Of a stretch of 32,000 bases of DNA, positions 19,898-30,243 are shown in pieces. The stretch lies in assembly GCA_018985225.1 (NCBI GenBank), contig JADGIF010000009.1, positions 15,438 through 47,437 on the forward strand, in the 5' to 3' direction. The translations under genes and the position numbers were made by a program. Numbering within the stretch: position 1 is the first letter of the stretch; each line of letters opens with the position of its first letter. This DNA comes from Amoeboradix gromovi X-113 (Eukaryota; Fungi; Sanchytriomycota). The notes below the pieces were generated by a model, which searched no databases, had not been told where the DNA came from, and saw only the letters and a program-made list of their open reading frames with translations.

Positions 19898-20170
19898 TTA
19901 TTCCAATTTATTGTAGTTCATTAAACAAATTGTCAGACTAAACAATGATATAAATGCCGCCATTGGTTTAAATCCAGTAACGTATCTGTATCCAAAGACA
20001 ATAGCCAATATTCCACTTGTGTAAAACGCCACATTAGGGTTTTTATTGTAAGTCATCATTATTGCACCTGATCCACATCCAGCTACTAAAGACGCCAATG
20101 ATTTCTTTTTGACATATCCCATAGCTCCTCCTATGATCAAGAACATGCCGTAAAATGAATTTGCAATCAT
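19898..20170 (-). CDS. TMEM14-family small membrane protein
   Basis: YG....IGGAMGYVKKKSLASLVAG and RY..GFKPM motifs. Confidence 0.88.
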   Translation of the reverse strand: MIANSFYGMFLIIGGAMGYVKKKSLASLVAGCGSGAIMMTYNKNPNVAFYTSGILAIVFGYRYVTGFKPMAAFISLFSLTICLMNYNKLE

Positions 20171-20494
20171 GTTTTAAAAAAAATCAAAGTTAGAGTTCAT
20201 TAGCCATATTTCTTAGTGCGCTACAAACAAAAGTTGTAAGAAAAAGTGGCACAACATAAAGCACAATTTGGAAAGAAATTGCGAGAATTGTTGTTTCATG
20301 AAATACAAGACATTAATTTGATGAAATTCAATAATTTCAAGTATGGAAAATATGCTCTTGAAAAACGAGACATCCAATACAAATATAGACCGTGCATTTG
20401 AAAATTTAGCTTTTTGTGATTAAAGTGATAAATTGCTTAATGCTGTTTATGGGATAGGTAGAGTGCTGCCGTGCTTTGTAATTAGTCCGTCATT

Positions 20495-20968
20495 TGGGAC
20501 ACCAAATATAAAAACTAGACCAACTCGTTTTTAAAGGAGGTGCACCATACGGAGGAAATGCTATCATTAATAAAAGATCTTCTATTATACTATCTTCTTT
20601 CATTACTTTCGATCCTCTCTACAAAATAAAACTAAAAAGACCCTGCATCTCGTTCAAATATGAGGTCTTTGAGTATCTAAACAAAAGATGCATTTTCTTA
20701 GACGGTGCTCTTTTCTAGAGTCATTTTGTAATGTTATACTAACATCATTACTCTTATCTAGTTTTTACAGAGTAATAGTGATATTTTATTTGGAATAAAG
20801 ATCGGATGAAAGAGTAAGAGAATAGCTGTACAGAATATTTATTTTCCTTTTATACTCGTCAACTAGCTGAATGTCCACTCGCCTCTTAAATCCATAACAT
20901 TAACAAAGCTGAAATAATATGCCAAGTTGTTACTGAAAGTTAGTCCAGTTTTTATATTTGATGTCCCA
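20495..20968. mobile_element. MITE-like relic bounded by 31-bp inverted repeats
   Basis: TGGGACACCAAATATAAAAACTAGACCAACT (20495-20525) vs reverse complement of 20938-20968, TGGGACATCAAATATAAAAACTGGACTAACT: 28/31 match. Confidence 0.65.
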
Positions 20969-21672
20969 TTTGTAAAGACAGCGATCATGGCTAAGAACAC
21001 AAATGCGAAAATAAAGTAGGAAATGAATAAAGTGTAGGAATATGAAAGAACATGATAAAAAGTGATTTACTATGGGGACGGAACTATCAGTACAATCGCA
21101 GAAGTGTTCCGAGTAGCTCTAATAAGAAACAAGTATATTCACTTGGACGGATTGGTACTAAATACTCCATAATATTATAACTATAAATCACGTTACAACT
21201 ATTTAATGAAAAATGGCTGCTATATGAATTTAGGGCGCCAAAAAGTCTTTGATCACGCCTGTTTTATCACTGTAATACATCAGTAGATATAAATGTAATT
21301 GATCTCATAAAGACATTTAGTCTTAAAAAGTCCATTGTGCAGTGGCGTTTGGCCTGCTTGAAAAAGAAGAGTAACTAGTAGGAAAGAGCATTCCACCAAG
21401 GCATAAAGGATGATTTAAATGCATCGGAAGATCTGAAAAAATACACTTTTACGAAGGAGACCATTCCGTTGCTGTATGAAGTGTACCATCTGACTGCAGA
21501 CTAAAAATGAAAACGATTAAAACAAAAGCCTAAAACAATCCACTAGAGGTCAGTATAATTTTAAAATAAGTTCTCCAATCTCTTTCGACACATGGTGGAC
21601 GAAGTTATAACTGTCGACATTCTTATGGTGCACTTCTATCAATACTAATATTCTGCTTTTATTGTCTTTTAT

Positions 21673-24285
21673 TCACCACATGTACAGCGATTCATACGTC
21701 ATCTTTGCAAGGTATGGCGCAATTTCTTTTTTTAATTGATTAATTCGTTGGTTTTCAGGGTTCATTAGATATTGTAACGAGTATTCGCCTTCACCTGCAT
21801 AGTTATCATACCCGGGGCATGATGCGTATGGATGTCGCAACGAAAGCGTTTGTTTTATTAAGCAAGGCACCTTCACTACTTCGCTGCACATTCCCCTTAT
21901 CCACGTGCCATTCATACGCGATATCACTGATCCATCTACATCATACAATGTCGCCTCTCTCAATAATCTCTTTATTAATATTGAAATTACTTCTTGCACA
22001 ATCTTGTTCTTCTTGGTTTCACTAAAATCTAACAAATTACCACCAGTTCCATTCCTCCACAAAAACTGCGGAGCCATCAAATTCACGTCACATCTCCAAT
22101 TCTCAAATGTCATATTCATTGTGAATCCATTTTGTTTGTATGTCTGCCCATCACTCTCAATACTGCAGCAACATCCCCTCCTCCAATCTCCGCTATAAAT
22201 TGTAGCATATGTTGAGTAATATGTTGCATTAATCGCAATTTTCTCGCTTGCAATTTTTTGATCCAAAATATCATTAGGGAATGACCTACTTACAACTACA
22301 GGGGTGTATTCATCTACATATTGTGCTCCTGTATATGGGACTGTTATTCTATCAGTTCTTATAGCATTTCTGAAGTAGTGATAAAAGTTGCCTAATGCAA
22401 TTCCTAGTCCCATTGCTAGTATCACGCTAATCAGTAGAAAGAAATTGTTTAACACACTTAAAAGCCTTTTATTACTACTCCTTGTGTATTCGCCTAATTC
22501 TTTTTTTGTTACCATAAGCCCTTTAACATTTGTGTTAAGGCTTTGATCTTTCTCCAATCCAAACTGATCTTTAAACCACTCCTTAAAGCTGAGTATTATT
22601 GAAATTTCTTGTTTGTTTGTCAATACTTCCTCTAAATTTGCCTTCTCTTTCATCAAATTCTGTCTCTGCTTGTATTGCAGCCGCATTCCGTATGCAAACG
22701 TCAAAGCTGGTGCTGCAAAAATAACAATTGCCGCTATAACTAATATAGCATCACTCATAGCTCCGTTCGCAGCTATTCCAATCAAAAGCAGATTAACTAC
22801 TTGTGCTGTCGTTAAAGAGATTGCCAGAGTGTTTTCCAGATGTTGCCTGTACGGCTTAATATGTATGTAACATGCCAGTGCAACTAACTGTATAACTAGC
22901 AGCACAAATGGCGATGACTCAACCTGTACATAAACAGCGACTACAACGAAAAGTAATCGCTGGATTAGGAACAAAATCTTGGTGTATCTGCATTTGTATA
23001 TAAACATGTTAAACAACGCGCTCGTACTTGTATGCACATGTTCCATTTTCGTATCCCACTCATTCTCTATTTCAGGATCATGTTTTACCTTTTTTATAAT
23101 ATTAACGGTCATAACTATAAGCACATAATACATGAAAGGCAGCGCTACGGTTATAGCAAGTATAGCTGCAAATGCAGAAAGCCCATATTTCTGGGCTTCA
23201 AATGAACAGTCTAATTCATTCTTTAATCCACGAATATTAACTAGCATTTTGCTACTGTAGTTGTTGCATGTGATGTTATAAGCAGCGACGCTGCACTGAG
23301 ACAAAGGCAACTGAGTGCAATTCATAAGCGGAGTGTGTACCTGATTTTGCGAATATATATAGTCTTTTAAGTTCATTTTGACACTCTTGGGAATATAAAA
23401 CCCAAGTGCCTGAAAGTCTACACATTGGAACATTCTTAGCGCGTATTCGCTAATTGGGATATAAATAAATCCCAAGAAAAAAATAATCAGATAGAGAGTG
23501 TAACTACGAATGCGGTCTCCATTTCTATAGTTAAACTGATTCCAATTAACATCTAAAAATCGGAATTCATAGTTCTTGCCGCCAATTTTGATATTGAAAT
23601 TAGTTAGTACTAGATAAGACATTATCACAATAAGTAAAACTAACACTGTGACAACGTAGTCAGGAAGAGTTATGTTATATCTAATTATAAGTAGCGCAAT
23701 CCAAGTAAGCAAATTAACAAGCTGAAACTTCCAATTCTTTTTACTGGCATAAGTAGAGGATTCTAAATTTTCAGTTTCTGTGATTGTTTTTGATCTGATT
23801 ACTTCTAGTCGAACAAGCTTGTATAGTCTATTTAACTGGTAAACTATAGCTGCAGCTGACAAAAATAAACCGATAATAGATATTGTTTGGAAGCTGGAAT
23901 ACGTATCTCTTAAATTGGAAGAGGTGCTAAAAAACATTGATTTAAACCCATAGACACCAACATCATCCACATATTGCTGATTGTAAGAGTACATACCCAC
24001 GCTGAGAAGCACAAAAACAAAAACAATGTTCTCATAGTTTCGACGAAATAACAAAATCATTAAACTGGTTATAAATAAAGGAAGTGCAAGTGAAATTATC
24101 ATAAAATAGGATCTGTCATCATCTGCTATATCGTCAATTATAAGCCAGCTAAGGTCTAGCCGGAATATATTCATGAACTGCAGCCAGCCCTTCCATTGGT
24201 CTGGCCAGGCTAGGGGCAGCGAAAATGTGATACTAAAGAATTGGAAATTCATGGTAACGATTTCCAATATAGAAACTGCTCGCAT
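21673..24285 (-). CDS. Large multipass membrane protein with Cys-rich loops (TRP/FLC-like C-terminal motifs)
   Basis: 870-aa ORF with many hydrophobic segments, FQC, KPY...EN and a Cys-rich C-terminus. The 5' end may include an upstream exon. Confidence 0.7.
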   Translation of the reverse strand: MRAVSILEIVTMNFQFFSITFSLPLAWPDQWKGWLQFMNIFRLDLSWLIIDDIADDDRSYFMIISLALPLFITSLMILLFRRNYENIVFVFVLLSVGMYSYNQQYVDDVGVYGFKSMFFSTSSNLRDTYSSFQTISIIGLFLSAAAIVYQLNRLYKLVRLEVIRSKTITETENLESSTYASKKNWKFQLVNLLTWIALLIIRYNITLPDYVVTVLVLLIVIMSYLVLTNFNIKIGGKNYEFRFLDVNWNQFNYRNGDRIRSYTLYLIIFFLGFIYIPISEYALRMFQCVDFQALGFYIPKSVKMNLKDYIYSQNQVHTPLMNCTQLPLSQCSVAAYNITCNNYSSKMLVNIRGLKNELDCSFEAQKYGLSAFAAILAITVALPFMYYVLIVMTVNIIKKVKHDPEIENEWDTKMEHVHTSTSALFNMFIYKCRYTKILFLIQRLLFVVVAVYVQVESSPFVLLVIQLVALACYIHIKPYRQHLENTLAISLTTAQVVNLLLIGIAANGAMSDAILVIAAIVIFAAPALTFAYGMRLQYKQRQNLMKEKANLEEVLTNKQEISIILSFKEWFKDQFGLEKDQSLNTNVKGLMVTKKELGEYTRSSNKRLLSVLNNFFLLISVILAMGLGIALGNFYHYFRNAIRTDRITVPYTGAQYVDEYTPVVVSRSFPNDILDQKIASEKIAINATYYSTYATIYSGDWRRGCCCSIESDGQTYKQNGFTMNMTFENWRCDVNLMAPQFLWRNGTGGNLLDFSETKKNKIVQEVISILIKRLLREATLYDVDGSVISRMNGTWIRGMCSEVVKVPCLIKQTLSLRHPYASCPGYDNYAGEGEYSLQYLMNPENQRINQLKKEIAPYLAKMTYESLYMW

Positions 24286-24473
24286 CTGTTTTAGACCTAC
24301 TATTAGATTCTTTCAAGTATGTAATTTGCTACAACTGGGTGGCACATTCCAATAACTACGCTTAATTAGCTGGAGCCCAGACACAAAGATTCAGCATAAA
24401 CTTGAACTAACTTTCGCTATAAATAAAGCACTTTGCAAGGTTTAAAACTTTATAATTATTTATTATACTTTCA

Positions 24474-26129
24474 CTACTTTTCAAATTTCAATAAATCTGG
24501 TGAAAATGCACCTAATGCCATCAATAAATTCCTTTCGGTAAACATCAAATCAAAAATAGGTGTTGCTTTAGTATAGCAAATCTTTAATGGTACCATCAAC
24601 TCACTACTATTCATGATATCCCATATGCATACACTGCCGTCTAATCCCCCACTAGTAAGCAAGTTTCCCAACTTATCAAATGCTAGTGATGTTATCAAGT
24701 CTTCATGTCCAACACACTTTCCAAGCAGCTTGCATTCAGCAATATCCCAGATATAGATTGTCGATTGGCTAGCACATGCCATTACACGTCCGTCAGGGGA
24801 ATACTGTATTACATTTATCGGCGCATCATGGCCTGTAAATAATCTAACGCTTTTACCCGTGCAGCTATCCCAAAGTCTACAAGTTCTGTCGCTACTTCCA
24901 CTTAACACATAATTGGCATTATCATGCAATTTCACACAGTCAACATCACTCAAATGGCCAACAAACATTCTCAATGGAACGACTCTGTCAGTTGACCATA
25001 GTCTACATGTACCATCCATTGAAGCACTAACAAAGTAAGTCATCTGGTTACCCATATCGATGTCCCATACAGGATACTGATGACCCTGATAAACTGCCAT
25101 GTTAGTATAATTCAATAGGCTCCATAGTCTTATAGAACTATCTTGGGAGCTACTCATCATGAACCTCTCATCCCTACTAAATTCTATATCGTAAACCGGA
25201 CCCGAATGTCCAATTAGTTCCCTAGTTGTACTACCTTGGTCTAATATTTGATCCAATTCTGTAGCGCTAGGGTTAGGGTCATTGACTAGAGATCTTAACT
25301 TAGCATCATTGAGGCTCCATAATTGAATAGTGGAGGACCTAAATCCTGCGCCTAGGATTGTTATAGACTTGTTCAATTTTATAGTAGACGTCTTGTTATT
25401 TGTGTTATGTAAGGTATAACAACAAATAGAAGGAAGAAATCTATTGTTTACTTGAATACGATGCTTGAGATCGTTCAAATCTATAAGCTCATTTTGAACA
25501 TCCAGATATGTAGGAGCGGGCATTGGAACACGATTGTAAGGCGGTTTGTCAGTGGCCATTTCGGAGTGCTTTTGTTTCTTATCCCAAATACTCTGCAACT
25601 CGTCATCTTTTAATTTTTGCTTCATGATCAATGGCATGTCCTCATGCAACTCAGTGGCACCAAGCAACACTTTGGAATTACTACTATTTGCGCTTGCAGT
25701 GGATTTAATCTTTTTAGAGTCTAATATAGTGACGTTAATGTTACTGTTCAAAATAACCAAAAAGGTAATCATACTATGCTCGTCAAGGAAATTTATTAAC
25801 AGTTCAAATGCAAATCTACTCAGTTGAACTGTATATTTACTATCCATCCATTTGGTGTATAGACCCGACTCCTGAAGATGCTGAGGGTCATTGATGTTAA
25901 GGAATTCATCAATATTATGATCCAGTTTAGCCAATTCCAGCAATTTCTTGGCCATTTCTGTATTTGAACACACAATGCATTTTAAATAAGCATATACAAA
26001 AAGAGGGTACAAAACTGAATGAACCTCAATCTTTATGTTCTCTAATGACTCGTTTGTCCATTTGTGAAGTAGCTGGTATGATTTGTCAATGGGAAATTTA
26101 TCTCTTCGAGTTGCGAATGGCAGAGTCAT
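24474..26129 (-). CDS. TAF5: TFIID subunit 5 (NTD2 plus WD40 repeats)
   Basis: VLYPLFVY, LPSICCYT, LIGHSGPVY, YQGHQYPVWD, PLRMFVGHLSDVDCV, TKATPI. Confidence 0.96.
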   Translation of the reverse strand: MTLPFATRRDKFPIDKSYQLLHKWTNESLENIKIEVHSVLYPLFVYAYLKCIVCSNTEMAKKLLELAKLDHNIDEFLNINDPQHLQESGLYTKWMDSKYTVQLSRFAFELLINFLDEHSMITFLVILNSNINVTILDSKKIKSTASANSSNSKVLLGATELHEDMPLIMKQKLKDDELQSIWDKKQKHSEMATDKPPYNRVPMPAPTYLDVQNELIDLNDLKHRIQVNNRFLPSICCYTLHNTNNKTSTIKLNKSITILGAGFRSSTIQLWSLNDAKLRSLVNDPNPSATELDQILDQGSTTRELIGHSGPVYDIEFSRDERFMMSSSQDSSIRLWSLLNYTNMAVYQGHQYPVWDIDMGNQMTYFVSASMDGTCRLWSTDRVVPLRMFVGHLSDVDCVKLHDNANYVLSGSSDRTCRLWDSCTGKSVRLFTGHDAPINVIQYSPDGRVMACASQSTIYIWDIAECKLLGKCVGHEDLITSLAFDKLGNLLTSGGLDGSVCIWDIMNSSELMVPLKICYTKATPIFDLMFTERNLLMALGAFSPDLLKFEK

Positions 26130-26243
26130 GTGTGAAACACGGATATAAAATTAAAAACACTCATCCGTTCTAATTCTATAGATGATTTATTACAAATAGA
26201 AAAATCTTATCACTTCACAGACCTTCTTAACATAAATTAACAA

Positions 26244-26753
26244 TTGCATGAAATAGGATATTCATTCTTTTGCATATTACAATTTGCCTCCAAACTGACA
26301 CAGTCGGGAATATACAGAAATGGTTTTTTGCTCGGGGAAGAAATCGAGGCTCAGATACGCTTGGTAAACGGCTCTCGAAGCAACGTGAAAAGCGTGGAAA
26401 TGTTTCTCAAACAGAAGACGAGCTACACGGCCAAGAAAATCTCCACGTATCGCACTAAAACACTCTCTACTAGGAAGAAAGCGATCAAAGTGTGCGAGGG
26501 TGAGTCTGCTTCATGCGAGCTTACCCTGGATGTGCCCACTGACATTATTGCCTCGAGCACCGGGCATCTGATCAGTTACGGGTATCTTGTACATATCGTG
26601 GTGCATCTGAGCGGGTTCAAAGACAAAATGAACATTTACTATCCCGTAGCAATCGGTACTTTTGTGGAAGAGTCCTTGCCTGACTTTCCACATGCCGAGA
26701 TACTAAGCAACCATTCGATTCTGGCAAAAGACTCAGTGGTGCTGCAAAGCTAA
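26244..26753 (+). CDS. Arrestin C-terminal-domain ORF, N-domain and start not evident
   Basis: GFLLGEEI....VNGS, LKQKTSY.A, LDVP...SS.GHLISYGY.V, PVAIGT typical of alpha-arrestin C domains. The ORF opens on TTG. Confidence 0.65.
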   Translation: MHEIGYSFFCILQFASKLTQSGIYRNGFLLGEEIEAQIRLVNGSRSNVKSVEMFLKQKTSYTAKKISTYRTKTLSTRKKAIKVCEGESASCELTLDVPTDIIASSTGHLISYGYLVHIVVHLSGFKDKMNIYYPVAIGTFVEESLPDFPHAEILSNHSILAKDSVVLQS

Positions 26754-26786
26754 TAAACATCATTTATTTTTTTCAAAACTGCATGC

Positions 26787-28157
26787 CTATCGGGAAGCGT
26801 TGAGAGCCTGGGACCGGTTATGCGACCGGGAACGGTTAGATTGAGCGGAGCGCCATCCAGTGCTTTTCAGCTGGATCTCGGATTTCCATCGCTCGAACCG
26901 AGTTCTGTATGATACCCTGTTGACTATTGTGCTCAGCATCAGCGTGTCTATTATCAGTTTTATGATCATTTTGATAACATTGCTGGTCTCTACGTCTATT
27001 TTGAGCCTCCATTGGGAAGGCAAGTAATACATGGTCTCGATTTCAGAGTACATGCCGTTATAATCAAGTATTCTGCTAGAAGGCAAGAGAGAGCTGCTTG
27101 GTAGTGTAGCTCGTGTGTTTGATGTGACTACCTTTGAGAGAGTCCTAGGCTTTTTAGTGGAAAACGGCACATTGTTTTGGAGGCCTTCAGTTGTATCAGA
27201 GTCCACCTGCGTTAACGTTTCTATATGTGTCTCAGTATACTCAAAAGGGACATCACTATCATTCTGAATAGAAAGAAAAGCTGTTGGGCCGGATGCATTG
27301 GATTTACTTGGTGCAGTACTAATTGAACTAGTACTTGGTGCAGTACTACTTGAAGTAGTACTTGGTATAGTGGTTAATGCTGGGTAGAATATGCCTGTGA
27401 AAGAACAAATACTAGGGTAGTAAGCCAGGTTCGGGTTGCCTAAAAGTGGATTGTATCCAAGGCTACAGATTAGTAATGACGTAGGATCGTTTATCGTGAT
27501 ATCAGTAAGCAGATTACGTAGAGCTGACAATCTGGTAGGCCTGACCGAGATTAGCGTACCACTAATCTGGTTGTTTCCGATGTATATATCTACGATCCCA
27601 TAGGGAACTGGAGGGATCTCACCGGAGATTTTATTAACACCTAGATATATGTATGTCATTGGTGATGGAAAAGTTGAGATCGACCCATTCATCATATTGT
27701 TTGAAAAGGATATGACTTGTAAATTTGGATATCCCTCGAGCTGCAAATTTCCTGACAGCTTGTTGTTGGACATACTGAGAGTAGTCAAGGAGCCAAGCTC
27801 GTAACGCGGAAAGACACCGGTAAGCTGGTTGGTGTGCAGAGTAAATGATTTAAGACTGGAAGGAAGGACAGAGGGAACATTTCCAGTTATTGAATTCCCA
27901 TGCAAATCAATCAACTCTAGTCCTGAAGGTACAGCTGTTTCGTTGATGGTGCCGGTTAGGCCCATGCTTGCCCAAATTATTTGAGTTACCCTGTCGCCGT
28001 CGCAAGTTACACCGGTGGACGGTCCACAACAATTTAAGATAATATTGTTCATAATTTCTACTTGATTAACGTCTACCTTGAGGCCATACGCAAGACTAAC
28101 AACGTTCGGACAGTCAGAAGACATGCCGACTGCAAGTGCGTGAAGAAACCATGACAT
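26787..28157 (-). CDS. Secreted/membrane leucine-rich repeat protein with Ser/Thr-rich stalk
   Basis: Short signal peptide, Cys cap (CC....VTC...RVTQI.W), plant-like LxxNxxxGxxP repeats, S/T-rich region, weak C-terminal hydrophobic segment. Confidence 0.88.
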   Translation of the reverse strand: MSWFLHALAVGMSSDCPNVVSLAYGLKVDVNQVEIMNNIILNCCGPSTGVTCDGDRVTQIIWASMGLTGTINETAVPSGLELIDLHGNSITGNVPSVLPSSLKSFTLHTNQLTGVFPRYELGSLTTLSMSNNKLSGNLQLEGYPNLQVISFSNNMMNGSISTFPSPMTYIYLGVNKISGEIPPVPYGIVDIYIGNNQISGTLISVRPTRLSALRNLLTDITINDPTSLLICSLGYNPLLGNPNLAYYPSICSFTGIFYPALTTIPSTTSSSTAPSTSSISTAPSKSNASGPTAFLSIQNDSDVPFEYTETHIETLTQVDSDTTEGLQNNVPFSTKKPRTLSKVVTSNTRATLPSSSLLPSSRILDYNGMYSEIETMYYLPSQWRLKIDVETSNVIKMIIKLIIDTLMLSTIVNRVSYRTRFERWKSEIQLKSTGWRSAQSNRSRSHNRSQALNASR

Positions 28158-28504
28158 TAGCAGCGTGTTTATATTGTAATGTGAATTTATTTAAGCAATT
28201 TCTTATTCGTTTGATTGGATTATTTTAATGAGGCCCATGATTGGATTTCGAAGCGCTTTTTCTTAGCCGATTAACTCTTTCCTATGATCGTACGCATATG
28301 AATCAGAATTGCTACCGCTGCATTCCATGCATTAGGAGTCAACGCATCAAATGTATTTAACCGATTTATGTTTTTGATTTCTTTTCATACCAAACGCTAT
28401 CCAACTACCTCAGGAGACCTGCTATACCAGTTGTTGCCGATTCATTTAGCAAGTTCTTCGGCTATACGGCATTAATGTGGTAGAATACTTTTGAAACATT
28501 ATCA

Positions 28505-29422
28505 ATGAACTCAAGGTATTCAGCAGATGCAGAATTGGAAACTCGATTAGATAAGCTGATATTGATGCTTTCTGGTACTTCCCTTTATGACAGTGAGCTA
28601 GAGCTTCAAAAGGAAAAGTACCTAAGCTACATGGAGAATGTTTATAAAAAGGGAGAGTCAAAAGAGCATCCCAGTTACATAAATGACAAGGATGAGCTGC
28701 TCCGAGCAGGATCAAAAATGAGGAACCAAATAAATGAGTTTAAAAAGAAGAAATCTATAGCTTCTGATAAAGCCAGTGGAGTCAACGCGAGTCCTCTTGT
28801 TGTTGAGGATCAGGTTTTTGCCAACCCGGCATCGTCTCCCATGCGAGATCGAGCTCTCTCTTCATTCGGGTTTGACCGGCTAGCTGCATCCAGACCAGAA
28901 TCACCTGCGGAAGTCTCGGTGAAATTGCCTGATATTCCCAGAGAGTTTAACAGATCAGCATGGTCAGAAAACGCCGAATTATCCATCACAGTTCTCGCTA
29001 CAGCAATAGATGTGGTGCAGCGTCTTACAACTAAAATGAACTGCGGCAGAATTTATGCTGACTTGACGCCGCTTCAACAGCGGGACGACTTGTTTGACAA
29101 ATTCATGCAACGCTGCCCCATTGAATATTCTCAATGCATAGTATTCAGCGATTCATTGTTGCATTATTGCGAGCAGTTCAGGAGCGTGATTCCTTCAGAT
29201 TGGCTCAAAGCGAAGAACAAGGCACTTTCTGTTTATTCATCCATGCCGCCACTGAACCAGGAGATAGTACAGCTAATACAAGGGCATATGGAATATCTGT
29301 CAGAGAGATTCCCTTCCCAGGGTTCCAGGATTTCCAGATCGTTTTCAAAGATCTTGACCACAAATGAATCAGATATGGACTTTTTGAAAAAGTTCTTTTT
29401 AAACGAAAGCATCACGCAATAA
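28505..29422 (+). CDS. Hypothetical protein, 305 aa
   Basis: Clean ATG-initiated ORF with no recognised motif. Confidence 0.6.
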   Translation: MNSRYSADAELETRLDKLILMLSGTSLYDSELELQKEKYLSYMENVYKKGESKEHPSYINDKDELLRAGSKMRNQINEFKKKKSIASDKASGVNASPLVVEDQVFANPASSPMRDRALSSFGFDRLAASRPESPAEVSVKLPDIPREFNRSAWSENAELSITVLATAIDVVQRLTTKMNCGRIYADLTPLQQRDDLFDKFMQRCPIEYSQCIVFSDSLLHYCEQFRSVIPSDWLKAKNKALSVYSSMPPLNQEIVQLIQGHMEYLSERFPSQGSRISRSFSKILTTNESDMDFLKKFFLNESITQ

Positions 29423-29759
29423 ATACTCTGGATCTTTTTTAATGCAAGCAGCTTGCGCCCTAATCTAATTCAACTGGCCTTGGACGATATGATATAAAAT
29501 TGAGTATTAACCCTCTGGAGCACTGATTATAACTGGTGCCGACGAGCTAGTTTTACGCAATTTTCATCACCTTTTTTGTTCGTCTGCTCTTTTACACAAA
29601 GCTTCTTGTTTTTTAGTGATTAATGAATTTATAGGGAGTGACTAGCTGTTGTGCTTGTCTGTATATAATGTATAAAAAAAAGTTCTCAGACCATCATCTT
29701 GTGCAATAAAGATTTTAGTTTCATGTACAAGTTTTGCATTAAGGGGCACTAGCCGAAAC

Positions 29760-30236
29760 GTGAGCATCTCACTAAATCTAAAACTGAATTTGAGTCCGAC
29801 CTTTGAGAAAATTAAAAACTTTTTCCCTGGTATCACTACATACAACAGACGCAAGGCAGTATCTCGCATAAAAAGAAACATAGCCCTTATGAAACTTAGT
29901 GGTCAACCTGAGGCTGTACTGTACCAACAGACAACAGATGAGGCGATTCAAAAGGTTCATGAACTGCATGGTGATGAGTTAAGAGCATTCAACAGAGAAC
30001 TGAATGAAGAGCCTATTAAACATAATCTTTACGTCACAGCTAGAGCTAACTACAAGTCAAATAAAAAGAATTATCAAAACATAAGAAAGTCAGAAGCCAA
30101 AACACATGGATTTTTTAGTGATGAGCATTTTGTGGCGTGGGTTCGTATTCAATCACTGAATAACATGGCCAAACAGGCTGGTGTATCCGCAAAGTTCTTT
30201 GGAAGACAAGATTCAGGCCTTCAAAATAAACATTAA
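29760..30236 (+). CDS. Hypothetical basic protein, start uncertain
   Basis: 158-codon open frame beginning at GTG, with the first ATG at about 29889. Confidence 0.35.
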   Translation: MSISLNLKLNLSPTFEKIKNFFPGITTYNRRKAVSRIKRNIALMKLSGQPEAVLYQQTTDEAIQKVHELHGDELRAFNRELNEEPIKHNLYVTARANYKSNKKNYQNIRKSEAKTHGFFSDEHFVAWVRIQSLNNMAKQAGVSAKFFGRQDSGLQNKH

Positions 30237-30243
30237 ACAATAT

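Noticed and set aside
21060-21500. Possible decayed Tc1/IS630 transposase fragments
   Set aside because: Only vague motif echoes, with no consistent frame or order that I can support.
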